A stretch of 64,000 bases of DNA from an uncultured Gemmatimonadaceae bacterium (GCA_963843845.1 CAWJMB010000002.1:3104001-3168000), one strand, 5' to 3'. Counted from the stretch's first letter, positions 19,919 to 31,070 are shown. The notes: a model not told the origin generated them from the sequence alone. Numbers and translations are program-made.

Positions 19919-21619
19919 TGGCGCTCTGGCTGGTCTACCTCCTCGCGCTCGGCGGGGTGTTCGCGACAGCGGCGGTGTGCCTCGAGCACGCGCTGCGACT
20001 CGCGCGGCGCCCGGCTCGCGTCGTCTGGGTGTGGGCGATCCTCGCGACGCTGCTCGCGCCTGCCGCCGCCCTGCTCGCGCCGCGCGCCTCCTCCGTCTCG
20101 ACCGCCGTACGGTCGAGCGACGCCGCCGCCGCCACGTCGCCGTCGTCGAATGGCCGGGCGTTCGCCGCGCTCCTCGCGCGCGCCACGGCGCGCGACGCCG
20201 CCGAGCCGCTCGCCGAGCGATGGCGCGCCTTCGACCGACCGCTGTCGGCCGCCGGCGTCGTCGCCGCGCTGCTCGGCGTCGCGTGGGTCGTCCGCTCGTC
20301 GCGCCGCTTGCGTCGCGCGGCACGGACGTGGGTGCCGGCGACGGTCGCTGGCGAGCGCGTGCTCGTCGCCTTCGATGCCGGCCCCGCGGCCGTCGGCGAC
20401 GGTGGCGGTCGCATCGTGCTGCCGAGGTGGGCACTCGCGCTCGGCGACGAGCGACTCGCCCTGATGCTCGCACACGAACGGTCGCACCTCGCGGCGCGCG
20501 ATCCGCAGTTGCTGCTCTGGGCGACGGCCGCGGTCGCGCTCATGCCGTGGCACCCGGCGCTCTGGTGGCAGCTGCGCCGGCTGCGCCTCGCCGTTGAGCT
20601 GGATTGCGACGAGCGCGTGCTGCGCCGCTTCCCCGATGTCCCCGCCTACGGCGCGCTGCTGCTCGACGTCGCGCGACGCACCCCGGTCACGACCCTCGGC
20701 CTCTCCGCCGCACTCAGCGCGCCGACGCCCGCCTCTTCACTCGAACGGAGAATTCGTTCCATGACCAGCCGCCCTCCCCGTCACGCCGACGCGCGCGCGC
20801 TCGCCCTCGCCGCGGTCGGCACGGCGCTCGCCGTCGCCGCGTGCGAGACGCCGCGTCCGACCGAGGCGCGTCCCGAGCGCCGCGTGCCGCTCGCGAGCCT
20901 GGCCGCCGTGGCGCCGGCGCCGGTGCCGGCGGACGGCGGCGCGGCGATCGAGCGCATCCGCGCGGCGCTCGCGAACGACCTGGAGCGGATGACGCGCAGC
21001 CGCGCGAACCGCGCGTTCATCGTCGCCCAGTCGGGGCAGGTGCAGACGATCGAGATCGGGCGGGCGGACGGCGGGTCCAGGGCGCCGCTCGAAGGGCGCG
21101 TCACGACCCACTACGACGCGAACGGCGTGGTCGCGCGCGTCGACGTGCCGAGCGGTGCGGGCGAGGTCGGCGACGGACGCGCTGTCGTCGCTCGACGCGG
21201 CGTCGATCGAGTCGGTCGAGGTCGTGAAGCTCGCGCCGGGGCGTCTCACGCCGGACAGCGTGAGCGTGATCTGGGTCGAGATGAAGCGGCCGGGCGCGAC
21301 ACGCGTGACGGCGCCGGGTCGCGCGGCCCGCGTCGACACGGCCGCGGCGCCGACGCGGACGGCGGCACCGACCGACCGGCCGGCCCGCGTCCGCGTGCGG
21401 GATGGGGCACAGCCGTCGGGCGACCCGATCCTCGTCGTCGACGGCGCGGTCGTCGACAGCGGAGTGACGATGCAGCAGGCGCTCGCCCGCATCCCGACCG
21501 ACAGCATCGACTCCGTCGAGGTGCTGAAGGGGGCGGCCGCCACGGGGCGATACGGCGAGAATGCTCGCCACGGCGTCGTCATCGTCACGACGAAGCGGCA
21601 GAAGGGCGCGTCGCGCTGA
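19915..21619 (+). CDS. BlaR1-like M56 peptidase with C-terminal TonB-receptor plug-like repeats; one frameshift near 21140-21175
   Basis: N-terminal TM helices, AHERSHL (HExxH), ELDCDERVL and LERRIRSM. The downstream frame gives SIESVEVVK and PILVVDG...IDSVEVLKGAAATGRYGENARHGVVIVTTK. Confidence 0.8.
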
Positions 21620-21639
21620 CCGCCCGTCGGTCGCCATCC

Positions 21640-21666
21640 GTCATTCCGGGCGGAGCGAGGAATGAC
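21640..21666. repeat. REP-like hairpin GTCATTCC...GGAATGAC between convergent genes
   Basis: 8-bp inverted repeat; same GTCATYC core as 40954-40992. Confidence 0.55.
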
Positions 21667-21681
21667 AGTACGGACCCGTGC

Positions 21682-23764
21682 CTAACGCCGGGGCCACACG
21701 TTGTCCGACGGGTCGCGGTCCGGGAAGCGGCCCCCCGGGTCGAGCGTGATCCGCTCGATCGCCCGCCCGCCGAAGTCGAGCGTCGGCCGCGTACGTGCGG
21801 GCGCCGCGGAACCAGACGTCGACCGGCCACGTCACGATCGCCGTGCGCGCGTCGACCATCTTCGCGTTCGGCATCCCGCGAATCGGCGCGCCGCTCGCCG
21901 CGAACTCCACCTTCAGCACGACCGGCGACGGCATCTGGCCGTCCTGCCGCACCGTGACCGTCGTGCGCCCGCCGGCCGTCGCCACGTTCGCGATCGACCC
22001 GTCGACGCTCTCGGTCGTGAACAGCCAGTAGTTCCAGAACCAGCCCAGGTCGCGGCCCAGCGCGCTGTTCATGAAGAACACGTAGTCCCACGGCGACGGA
22101 TGCTTGAACATCCACGCCCTCCCCCACTCGCGGTGCGCGCGCTGTACCGCGCTGTCGCCGACGATGCCGCCGAGCATCGAGAGCATGAGCGGCGTCTTGC
22201 TGTAGGTCTTGAAGCCGTAGAACGCGGGCCCGCGTAGTTCGCGGTCCACATCATCGGCGGCTCGGCTTCGCTCCCGCTCGTGCGGCCGTACGACTGACCG
22301 AGCCCGTCGAACAGCGCCGCGCCGCCCGCGCGACCGCCGCGCCCCCCGCCCTGCGTCACGCCGCGCGCCTGCGAGCTCGAGTCGGAGAGGATGTTCATGT
22401 ACTGGTTGAACCCTTCGTCCATCCAGCCGTACCAGGTCTCGTTGTTGCTCACCATCATCGGCCACCACTGGTGCCCGGTCTCGTGGTCGGCGGCGCCCTG
22501 GTTCGAGTTGATGACCATCGGGTACTCCATGCCGGCGCTCGGCCCATCCTGCAGCGTGAACTGCGGGAACGGGTACGGCGACCAGAGCTTCGAGTAGAAC
22601 TCGAGCGCGTGGCGCGCGATCGGGCCGGCGTTCGCGTACAGGTTGGCGTGGCCCGGGAGGTAGACCATGTGGATCGGCACGGCCCTTGCCGGGGATCGTC
22701 GCGCGCGTCGCGCGCCACACGAAGTTCTTCGCCGTCGCCCAGGCGAAGTCGTTGACCATGTCGGCGACGAAGTGCCAGCGCAGCCGGTCGCCCCGGGCCG
22801 CGCGTCGCGCGCCCGGGCCCGACTCTCGTCGGCGCCGACGATCGTGGTCACCGAGTCGCTGCCGAGCACGTGCGGCCGAGCCGCTCGCGGGCCTTGCGCG
22901 GTGAGCACCTCCTGCGGGTTCTGCAGCACGCCGGTGCCGCTCACGATCCAGCCGGCCGGCACGTCGATCTGCACGTCGAAGCGGCCGAAGTTGTTGTAGA
23001 ACTCCGACGGGCCGAGGTAGAGCTCCGTGTCCCAGCCGCGCAGGTCGTCGTACACGGCGACGCGCGGGAACCACTGCGTCGGCTGGAACAGCGTGTCGGC
23101 CCAGCGCTGCGTCATGCGGTGGCCGCGCCCGGCCCGCCGGGCAGCTTGTGGTTCCACTCGATCTCGAGCGTCGCGGTGGTGCCGGGAGGGATCTTCGCCG
23201 GCGAGCTGCATGCGCGCCACGTCGTGCGCCCGTTCAGGCGGCGCGGCTCGGTCGTCGCCGTGCGCCAGCTGCGCCGTCGGCCGCCGCCTGCGCCGCGCGC
23301 GCCCTGCGCCGTCGACGGCCGGCCGCCTGCCGACGCGATGTCGCGCCGCGCGTCCGTCGACGCGTCATGCGCGTGATGACCATGCCGTCGGTGACCTCCG
23401 CCGGCACCCAGGTCGCCGACTGCGGCGTGTTGCCGAGGAAGAGGTTCGGGTCGAGGCGGAGGCCGATCTGCGGCAGCGAGTCGGGGCTCGCGTTGCGGAT
23501 CGTGACCGTCTCGCGCCCGGCGAGCCGCTGCGTCGACGGGTCGAGGCGCACGCTGATCGTGTAGTCGGTGCGCAGCTGCCAGTAGTTGCGCCCCGGGCGC
23601 CCGCTCGAGTCGCGCGTGCCGGCGGCGTAGGCGCGGCGGATCGCGTTCGTGATCGGGATGTCGCGGCGGACGGCGCGCTCGGGGAGCGGCGCGGTCTGCG
23701 CGGCGAGGCGGGACGTCGGCGGCGCCGCGAGCGCGACGCAGAGAAGCAGGAGACGACGGTTCAT
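21682..23764 (-). CDS. Secreted M1 family metallopeptidase; several frameshifts
   Basis: Signal peptide [46 protein letters not shown]...WMDEGF and FKHPSPWD. Confidence 0.85.
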
Positions 23765-23819
23765 CGAGACCGGCGAGGGAGGGGGGAGGTGGCGCGAGCG
23801 CTCCCCGGTAAGTTGTCGC

Positions 23820-24593
23820 ATGCACCCGAACGATGTCGAGGCGCGCCCGGTCGCTCGTGCGCGCCGCCGAGCGGCTCGTCGTCTTCACCGGCGCCGGCGC
23901 GAGCGCCGAGTCGGGCGTGCCGACGTTCCGCGGCGACGGGTGGACTGTGGCGGGAGTTCCGCGCCGAGGAGCTGGCGACGCCCGAGGCGTTCGCGCGCGA
24001 CCCGCGCCTGGTATGGGAGTGGTACGGCTGGCGGCGAGAGCTCGTGACGCGGGTGCGCGCCGAACGCCGCGCACCGATCGATCGCCGCCTACGCCGCTGC
24101 GCACCCCGACTCGGCGGTCGTCACGCAGAACGTCGACGGACTGCACCAGCGCGCCGCGGCCGACGCGGGCGGCGAGACGGCCGCGCGCGCCGTGATCGCG
24201 CTCCACGGCACGCTCTTCGGCGCGCGCTGCACGCGCTGCGATCGACGCGCTCCGCACGACCGCGCCGGTCGACGCGTCGTCGCTCGATTCGCTGCCGCGC
24301 TGCGCGGCGTGCGGCGCGCTACTCCGCCCCGACGTCGTCTGGTTCGGCGAGGCGCTCGACGGCGACATGCTCGGGCGCGGCGTTCGACGCGGCCGCGGCG
24401 GGCGGACGTCTGTCTCGTCGTGGGCACGAGCGCGCTCGTGCAGCCGGCGGCGAGCGTCGTGACGATCGCCGCGCAGCGGCGGCGCGGCGGTGATCGAGAT
24501 GAACGCCGAGGCGACGCCGGTCTCGGCGCGGCGCCGACGTCTCGCTCCGCGGCCCCGCGGGCTAGCTGGTGCCCCGCGCTGCTCGACGGCTGA
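23820..24593 (+). CDS. cobB: NAD-dependent protein deacylase (sirtuin); several frameshifts
   Basis: [31 protein letters not shown]...[21 protein letters not shown] and [12 protein letters not shown] across frames. Confidence 0.85.
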
Positions 24594-24600
24594 CAGGTGC

Positions 24601-27348
24601 CTACCGTCCCGCCGGCTCATCGGCCGTCTCGCGCTGCAACAGCCGTTCGAACGCCGTCGCCGCGAGCGGGCGGTGGAACCCGAACCCCTGCGCGAGCCCG
24701 CAGCCGAGCGCGCGCAGCTGTTCCTGCTGAAGCTTCGTCTCGACCCCCTCGGCGATCGTCTCGAGGCCGAGCGCGTCGCCGAGGCCGATGACGGCGCGGG
24801 CGAGCGAGCTCTGGCTCTCCGCGCGGCCGAGCGTCGAGACGAACGCGCGGTCGATCTTCAGCACGTCGATCGGGAAACGCTGCAGGTAGGCGAGCGACGA
24901 GTAGCCGGTGCCGAAGTCGTCGACCGCGAGCCGGAGGCCCAGCGCTTTCAGCGCGTCGAACGTGTCGCGGATCTGCGAGCCGTCCTCGACGATCGCGCTC
25001 TCGGTGATCTCGAGCAGAAGGCGCGAGGCCGGGAGCCCCGATTGCTCCAGCGCGCGCACCACGTCGTCGACGAGCGACACCTCGGCGAGCTGGCGGCTCG
25101 ACACGTTCACGCTGACGTAGAACGTCGCCGGGGCATCGGCGGCGGCACACCACGCGGCAGCCTGGCGGCACGCCTCCTCCAGCACCCACCGCCCGATCGG
25201 CACGATGAGCCCCTTCTGTTCGGCGATCGGCACGAACTCGAGTGGGCTGACCCGGCCACGCTCGGGGTGCTGCCAGCGAAGCAGCGCCTCCGCTCCGCGC
25301 ACGGCGCCGTCGCGCAGCCCGACGATCGGTTGGTACTCGAGGAACAGCTCGCCGCGCGCGAGCGCGTTGTGCAGGTCCGCCTCGATCGCGAGCTGACGCG
25401 GCGCGTCGCCGGCCATCGTCTCCGAGAACACGACGAACCGCCCCTTGCCCGACCGCTTGGCGTGGTACATCGCGACGTCTGCCCGGCGCAGCAGCTCGTC
25501 GACGTCGCCGCGCCCGCCGAACCCCGCGAGCGCGATCCCGATCGTCGCCGGCACGTAGACCTCGCTGCCGTCGACGAGGAACGGCGCGCGCATCGCCGCG
25601 ACGATGCGCGTCGCCACCACCTCGGCCTCGCGGTCGATCTGCACGCCGGCGAGCAGCACCGCGAACTCGTCGCCGCCCAGGCGCGCGACCGTGTCGCAGC
25701 CTCGCGTCGCGCTCAGCATCCGGTCGGCCACGAGCTTGAGCAGGCGGTCGCCGGCCGCGTGGCCGAGCGAGTCGTTCACGAGCTTGAAGTCGTCGAGGTC
25801 GACGAACAGCACCGCGGGGCGCGGCGCGTCGTCCGCCGGCAGCTCCGCCGACTCGGCCAGCGCGGCGGCGACGCGCTCGTGGAAGCGCGTGCGGTTCACG
25901 AGGCCGGTGAGCGCGTCGTGGTAGGCGAGATACGCGAGCTGACTCTCGAGCGCCGTGCGTTCGGTGACGTCGCGCACGTTCAGCACGATGCCGCCGACCG
26001 CGGGCTCTGCCAGCAGGTCGCTGCCGACGACCTCGGCGTAGCGCGGCGCGCCGTTCGCGAGAGGGCGGAGGCGCCAGACGGCACGCGCCGAGCCGGCCTC
26101 GCGCACGGCGGCCAGGAAGGCGCCCACGTCGTCGCGCGCCTCGTCCGCCACGACGTCGACGAGCGCCCGCCCCTGCACGCCGCCCGCGTCGTCCGTGGCG
26201 AACAGCATGAGCGCCGACGGGCTCGAGAAGCGCACCTCGCCCTCGACGGCGACGACGAGCAGCGCGTCCGAGCTGTGGCGCACGAGCGCGCTCACGCGGT
26301 ACTCGCTCTCGCGAAGCGCGTGCTCGCGCGTGAGGCGGGCGTTCTCGCGCATGGCGTGCATCTGCCGCACGCTGACGAGCGCCGTGACGACCCCCGTGCC
26401 GACGAGCGCGCCGAGCAGATCGAGGTGATCGTTGTTGTGCGTGACGTGGCGGATCGCGACGATGAGCGTGAGGTACGAGACGACGACGGCGCCGTACGGC
26501 AGCAGCTCCTTCATGAAGTGGGTCGCGGTCGACTCCGGCCGCAGCGCCTCCCCGCCCCGCGCGATCCCGTCGCGGCGGTACGTGACGGCGGCCGCGGCGA
26601 CGGCGACGTAGGCGAGCAGCCACCCGACGTCGAGCAGCGTTCCCGCCTCGAACGTGTCGGCGCGCGACGCGGCGTCGTAGGCGAGGTCCGTGGCCCCTTG
26701 GACGACCATCGCCGCCGCGACCCAGAGCAGCGCGCGTCGCCCGCCGTGCAGCGGCTCGCGCCACAGCGCGGCGCAGGCGCCGAACAGCAGCACGACGTCC
26801 CACACCGGGTACGACGCGTTGACGACCGTCGTGAGCAGCGCCTCGTGCGAACGCGCCGCCTCGGAGATCGTCGGCGCGAGGACGAAGTACCAGACGAGCG
26901 TGCCGACGCCGAGCACGACGACCGACGAGTCGAGCCAGAAGCGCTGCCGCGACGTCGACCGCACCGTCGGGAGGGACAGCACCGACCAGAGTGCGAGCGG
27001 GTAGAACGCCGTGTTCGGCACGTCCGCGACCGACAGCGCCGGCTCGCCGAGCGCGGCCCACAGCAGGTCCGCGCCCATGAGCGTCGCGAAGGCGAACGCC
27101 ATGCGCCGCCACGCCCGCGCGCCCGCCGGGTCGACGTCGTGGCGGAGCGAGATGGCGAGCACGACGACGACGGCGCACCCCTGCAGCAGGAGTGCGAGGT
27201 TCTGCAGCAGGTCGACCGAGACCACGCCGCGCCACGGCCCGGCGAGGAGCGGCGCCATCGCCAGCGCCGCGACGCCGAGCGCCGCGACGACGGCGCCGTC
27301 CCAACCGAGCGACGCGCTCGCCGGACGCGGCGCGGGGGTGCCTAACAC
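24601..27348 (-). CDS. Multi-TM membrane sensor PAS-GGDEF-EAL protein
   Basis: About 9-10 hydrophobic N-terminal segments; HDALTGLVNR, RLGGDEF, EALLRW and VDDFGTGYSSL. Confidence 0.9.
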   Translation of the reverse strand: MLGTPAPRPASASLGWDGAVVAALGVAALAMAPLLAGPWRGVVSVDLLQNLALLLQGCAVVVVLAISLRHDVDPAGARAWRRMAFAFATLMGADLLWAALGEPALSVADVPNTAFYPLALWSVLSLPTVRSTSRQRFWLDSSVVVLGVGTLVWYFVLAPTISEAARSHEALLTTVVNASYPVWDVVLLFGACAALWREPLHGGRRALLWVAAAMVVQGATDLAYDAASRADTFEAGTLLDVGWLLAYVAVAAAAVTYRRDGIARGGEALRPESTATHFMKELLPYGAVVVSYLTLIVAIRHVTHNNDHLDLLGALVGTGVVTALVSVRQMHAMRENARLTREHALRESEYRVSALVRHSSDALLVVAVEGEVRFSSPSALMLFATDDAGGVQGRALVDVVADEARDDVGAFLAAVREAGSARAVWRLRPLANGAPRYAEVVGSDLLAEPAVGGIVLNVRDVTERTALESQLAYLAYHDALTGLVNRTRFHERVAAALAESAELPADDAPRPAVLFVDLDDFKLVNDSLGHAAGDRLLKLVADRMLSATRGCDTVARLGGDEFAVLLAGVQIDREAEVVATRIVAAMRAPFLVDGSEVYVPATIGIALAGFGGRGDVDELLRRADVAMYHAKRSGKGRFVVFSETMAGDAPRQLAIEADLHNALARGELFLEYQPIVGLRDGAVRGAEALLRWQHPERGRVSPLEFVPIAEQKGLIVPIGRWVLEEACRQAAAWCAAADAPATFYVSVNVSSRQLAEVSLVDDVVRALEQSGLPASRLLLEITESAIVEDGSQIRDTFDALKALGLRLAVDDFGTGYSSLAYLQRFPIDVLKIDRAFVSTLGRAESQSSLARAVIGLGDALGLETIAEGVETKLQQEQLRALGCGLAQGFGFHRPLAATAFERLLQRETADEPAGR

Positions 27349-27385
27349 ATGCGGGCTGGTGGCGGGACGGGCAGCCGGGCGCCGC

Positions 27386-28336
27386 TCAGCGGGCGACCGA
27401 GACGCGTGTCGTCGAGTCGGGGACGGCGGCGAGCACCGCGTGGCGGCGGCCGAGCGGCGCGCTCCACGAGAGCGTCGCGCCGAGCCAGACCTTTCCCTGG
27501 CGACTCACGTCGGGCGCCGTGACGCGCGCGTATGGGTCGCGCCCGACGACGTAGTGCACGGCGGGCGTCACGGACACGCCCCCCACTGCGACCTCGCTCC
27601 CCGCCGAGAGATCGACGTGCGTCACGCCGTCGCGCGCGAAGTACGCGGCGACTCTGTCGGCGTCGGCCGGCGCCGTCTGTCCCGCGCTCCACCCGAGCGC
27701 CGCGCCGAGCGCGAGCGGCAGCCGCCGCCGCGCGCCGAGCGGCAGCGCGACATCCCGCGACAGCGCCCCCTCGACGTACGCGCCGCCGACCGCGCCGACG
27801 TCGGCGTAGGCCGACAGCGTGGGCGCGACGCCGAGCACGCTCGGCCCGCTGGCGACGGCGTAGAGCTCAGAGGTGGTGTACACGGCCGCGAGGTCGCCGA
27901 CGTTGGGGTAGAGGTAACGCGTCACGCCGAGCGTGAGCGACGTCGCACCGCGGGTTCGTTCGACCTCGACCCACAGCTGGCTCGACGTCACGACCGGCCC
28001 GCGCGACCCGCCCAGCTCGCTGATATCGTTCGGACCGTCGTAGTGCCGCGGCTCCGCGTTCGCCCACGCCCCGAATGCGAGCGTCGTGCGCGCACGCAGG
28101 GGGACCGACAGCGACAGCTCCGGTTCGAGCACCGGCCGGTTGGTCGACGTGAGCCCGCGCCAGACGTACGCGCTGTGCACGCCGAGGTCCGAGGTGAGCG
28201 TGACCTGCCGCGGTGCGTCCTGGGCGGCAGCGCCAGGCGGAAGCGCGATGGCGGCGAGCGTGGCGGCGAGCGTGGCGGCGAGCGTGGCAGCGCGGGCGAG
28301 GCGGCGGTGGGCCGCGCGGGAACGTGGGAGGGTCAT
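27386..28336 (-). CDS. Putative outer-membrane beta-barrel (TorF/Gcw_chp-like porin)
   Basis: Signal peptide ending AAAQ; SAYVWRGLT motif resembling the family's N-terminal S-x-Y-x-x-R-G; alternating beta-strand pattern and aromatic C-terminal strand. Confidence 0.6.
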   Translation of the reverse strand: MTLPRSRAAHRRLARAATLAATLAATLAAIALPPGAAAQDAPRQVTLTSDLGVHSAYVWRGLTSTNRPVLEPELSLSVPLRARTTLAFGAWANAEPRHYDGPNDISELGGSRGPVVTSSQLWVEVERTRGATSLTLGVTRYLYPNVGDLAAVYTTSELYAVASGPSVLGVAPTLSAYADVGAVGGAYVEGALSRDVALPLGARRRLPLALGAALGWSAGQTAPADADRVAAYFARDGVTHVDLSAGSEVAVGGVSVTPAVHYVVGRDPYARVTAPDVSRQGKVWLGATLSWSAPLGRRHAVLAAVPDSTTRVSVAR

Positions 28337-28409
28337 GGCCCGAAGCATCGTCCGCCCGCCGATCGGCCTTGAGCGCCGTCGCGCGGCGGCCACACCGGCG
28401 GGCCGTCGA

Positions 28410-28437
28410 CCGTCAGACGGCCGTCACACCGCCGTCA
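28410..28437 (-). promoter_or_regulatory. Three TGACGG direct repeats at 11-bp period (OmpR/PhoB-type box candidate)
   Basis: CCGTCA on the + strand at 28410, 28421 and 28432, 74-101 bp upstream of the porin ATG. Confidence 0.45.
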
Positions 28438-28625
28438 CCGCCTGGCCGTCGTCCGTCGACATCCGATCCGCGCGCCTAGGTCAGCGAGCGCCTGACCGCC
28501 GCGTGGGGCACGGATGTGGCCGCCTTCCCAGTGTCGGACGCCTCGCGGGTCGCCTCGACCCGCCTCCCCGCTGCCCGTGCACTCGACGTTCATCAGGCGC
28601 ACCCGACGGACGCCGCGGCCTCACC

Positions 28626-29582
28626 TCATCTCAGCTTGCCTAACGCGTCGCGCGCGGCACCGAGCTTCGGGTCCAGCGTCACGGCGGTCTGGTATTCGGC
28701 CCGCGCGGCGTCCTTCTGGCCACGGCGCTCGGCGATCATCCCGAGGCGGTAGTGCGCGGCCGCGGGCTGCGGTTCGGTCGTCTTCGGGGTGGACGCGAGG
28801 TAGGTCCGCAGCGCCCGCTCGCCACGATCGAGCTGACGGCCGGACTCCGCCGCGAGCCGCCCCACGGCGTAGTGCGCGACCGGCCACGCCGGCAGCGCCT
28901 TCTGCATCCGTTCGATCGTCGCGAACGCCGCGTCCCACTGTCCGAGCTGCCCGCCCTGCGCGTAGGCGAGCGCGAGCCACACGGCTCCGCTGTCCGGGAA
29001 CTGCCGCGTCAGCCGCTCGTACTCGGCGGCCGCCTGCGACCAGTTCTTCTCGCGCCCGGCGAGCGTCGCGGCGAGCGCCCCGCCGCGGTACGCGTCGAGG
29101 CGGCGGATCTCCTCGACCTGCGCCCGCGCCTTGTCCTTGCTCCCGCCCATGATCCCCGGCGCCTGCACGTAGTACTCGAACAACCCCTCGCGGGCGTCGA
29201 CGTAGCTCGGATCGAGCTGCACGGCGCGGTCGAACTCGCGCTTCGTCTTCCGCGCGAGCGAGGGCTGCGACAGCACGTTCGCGCGCTGCGCCTGCGCGCC
29301 GTACGCGCGGCCGAGGAAGAAGTGCGCGACGGCGCTCGCGTCGTCCGCCTTCACGGCGCGCTCGAACGCCGACGCGGCCTCCTTGTACTTCTCGCCTGCC
29401 ATGAGCAGACAGCCGGCGAAGAACGCTCCGCGCCCGTCGGTCGCCTGCGCGAACGGCATGACGGTCGCCCGCGCCTCCGGGTGGCGCGAGTCGTCGACGC
29501 GCTCGCACAGCGTGCCGTCGGTGCGAGTCTGGGCGGCGAGTGCGGCGGGAGCGAGCAGTGCGGTGAGGAGCAGTCTGCGCAT
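28626..29582 (-). CDS. Secreted tetratricopeptide repeat protein
   Basis: Signal peptide; TPR patterns AHFFLGRAYG, AHYAVGRLA and AHYRLGMIAE...AVTLDP. Confidence 0.85.
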   Translation of the reverse strand: MRRLLLTALLAPAALAAQTRTDGTLCERVDDSRHPEARATVMPFAQATDGRGAFFAGCLLMAGEKYKEAASAFERAVKADDASAVAHFFLGRAYGAQAQRANVLSQPSLARKTKREFDRAVQLDPSYVDAREGLFEYYVQAPGIMGGSKDKARAQVEEIRRLDAYRGGALAATLAGREKNWSQAAAEYERLTRQFPDSGAVWLALAYAQGGQLGQWDAAFATIERMQKALPAWPVAHYAVGRLAAESGRQLDRGERALRTYLASTPKTTEPQPAAAHYRLGMIAERRGQKDAARAEYQTAVTLDPKLGAARDALGKLR

Positions 29583-29665
29583 CGGGCGGGGGAGCGGAGG
29601 AGGGAGCGGAACGGACTGAGCTGATACACGCCGACGCCTGGAAAGACGGCGCCGCGTCGCCGTCG

Positions 29666-30682
29666 TCACTCCCACTCTTCGGATCGCCCCTCGACGAGCT
29701 CCGCGCGCAGCTTCACATAGCTCTCGTAGCGCGCCGCGCTCACGGTGCCGGACGCGACGGAGGCCCGCACCGCGCAGTCGGGTTCCGCGAGATGCGCACA
29801 GTCGGCGAAGCGGCACGCACCGATGAACGCCCGGAACTCCGGGAAGCACGAGTCGAGGGATTCGACCGGCAGCCCCCACAACCCGATCTCGCGCAGCCCC
29901 GGCGTGTCGACGACGAAGCCGCCGAGGTGGCCGTCGGCGGTGGGAAGCGGGTGGAGGAGGGCGCCGACCGTCGTGTGCCGCCCCTTGTTGACGCTGTCGC
30001 TGACCGCGCCGACGCGGAGGTCGAGTCCCGGGTAGAGCGCGTTCATGAGCGACGACTTGCCGACGCCCGACGGGCCGCTGAGCGCGGACGTTCGCTCGTC
30101 GAGTGCGGCGTGCAGCACGTCGAGCCCGTGCCGCTGCTGCACGCTCGTCGCGTGCAGCGGGTAGCCGGCGCGCTCGTAGTCGGCGAATCGCTCGCGTACG
30201 ACGCGCTCGCCGGCCGCCGCGTCGCCGTCGCCGACCAGCTCGACCTTGTTGATGACGACACGCGCCGCGAGCTCGTTCGCCTCGGCGACGACGAGGAAGC
30301 GGTCGAGCATGCGCGGGTGCGGCTCCGGGCGCGCGGCGGCGAACACCACGACGATCTGGTCGACGTTCGCGACGACGACCCGCTCGCCGAAGCCGCCGCC
30401 GGGCGTGCGCCGCGCGAGCTGCGAGTGGCGCGGCAGGATCTCGGCGATCGCCCAGACGCCGCTGTCCCGCAGGTCGGCCTCGAGACGCACGCGATCGCCG
30501 ACCGCGAGCTTCACGACGCGCGCGTCCGCCGCTACCGTGTCGCGCCGCATCGAGCCGTCGGAGCGGCGCCCCTCGTCGCTCTTCTTCAGCCGCCCGCGCA
30601 GCGACGCGGCGATCGTCTCGCCGCCGTCGGCGCGCACCTGCCACACGCCGCCGGTGCCGCCCAGCACGACACCGTCACGCAT
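29666..30682 (-). CDS. rsgA: Ribosome small subunit-dependent GTPase A
   Basis: NKVE, GPSGVGKSS, GRHTT, DTPG and CRFADCAHLAEPDC. Confidence 0.93.
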   Translation of the reverse strand: MRDGVVLGGTGGVWQVRADGGETIAASLRGRLKKSDEGRRSDGSMRRDTVAADARVVKLAVGDRVRLEADLRDSGVWAIAEILPRHSQLARRTPGGGFGERVVVANVDQIVVVFAAARPEPHPRMLDRFLVVAEANELAARVVINKVELVGDGDAAAGERVVRERFADYERAGYPLHATSVQQRHGLDVLHAALDERTSALSGPSGVGKSSLMNALYPGLDLRVGAVSDSVNKGRHTTVGALLHPLPTADGHLGGFVVDTPGLREIGLWGLPVESLDSCFPEFRAFIGACRFADCAHLAEPDCAVRASVASGTVSAARYESYVKLRAELVEGRSEEWE

Positions 30683-31070
30683 GGGCGTCGGACTCGTCGC
30701 GCATCACGTCCCACCAGCGGCGCGTGGTCGGCCGGGTCTGGCGCACGAGCGTGTCGAGCGTCGCCTTCACCGTGGCGAGCGGCATCCGGCCCAGCGCCGT
30801 CAGCACGGCCGCCTCGCTCACACCGCGCACGATGAACGGCGACTCGACGTGCCCCTCGACACCCTGGTCGCCGACGCGCCGCCAGCGCAGGAAGAGCAGG
30901 TAGCCGCCCCACGGCGACGCCGCATCCCCCGTCTCGTCCGCGCACAGCTCGACGCTGTACGACAGCCCGTCAGGTCCCTCGAACGCGGCCGGACGCGCGT
31001 GCACGGCCGCATACCCACCGATCGTCGTCTCGTCGCCCAACGAGTGGTCCGGCGGACGATGCGCGCCCAC
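30675..31070 (-). CDS. Hypothetical protein
   Basis: Protein-like ORF (YAAVHARPAAFEGPDGLSYSV...GYLLFLRW) overlapping the rsgA start. Confidence 0.7.
   Translation of the reverse strand: MGAHRPPDHSLGDETTIGGYAAVHARPAAFEGPDGLSYSVELCADETGDAASPWGGYLLFLRWRRVGDQGVEGHVESPFIVRGVSEAAVLTALGRMPLATVKATLDTLVRQTRPTTRRWWDVMRDESDAHA

Noticed and set aside
19523..21619. Beta-lactam resistance (bla/mec) locus
   Set aside because: No beta-lactamase or PBP gene nearby, and neither M56 protein has a penicillin-binding sensor domain.
23820..24593. Sir2-based anti-phage system (Thoeris/DSR-like)
   Set aside because: Short CobB-type sirtuin with a Zn ribbon and no defence partner genes.
28440..28620. Cobalamin or c-di-GMP riboswitch (contains CACTGGGAAGG on the minus strand)
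   Set aside because: The other conserved riboswitch elements were not recognisable by eye. An Rfam/Infernal search is needed, so it was not called.
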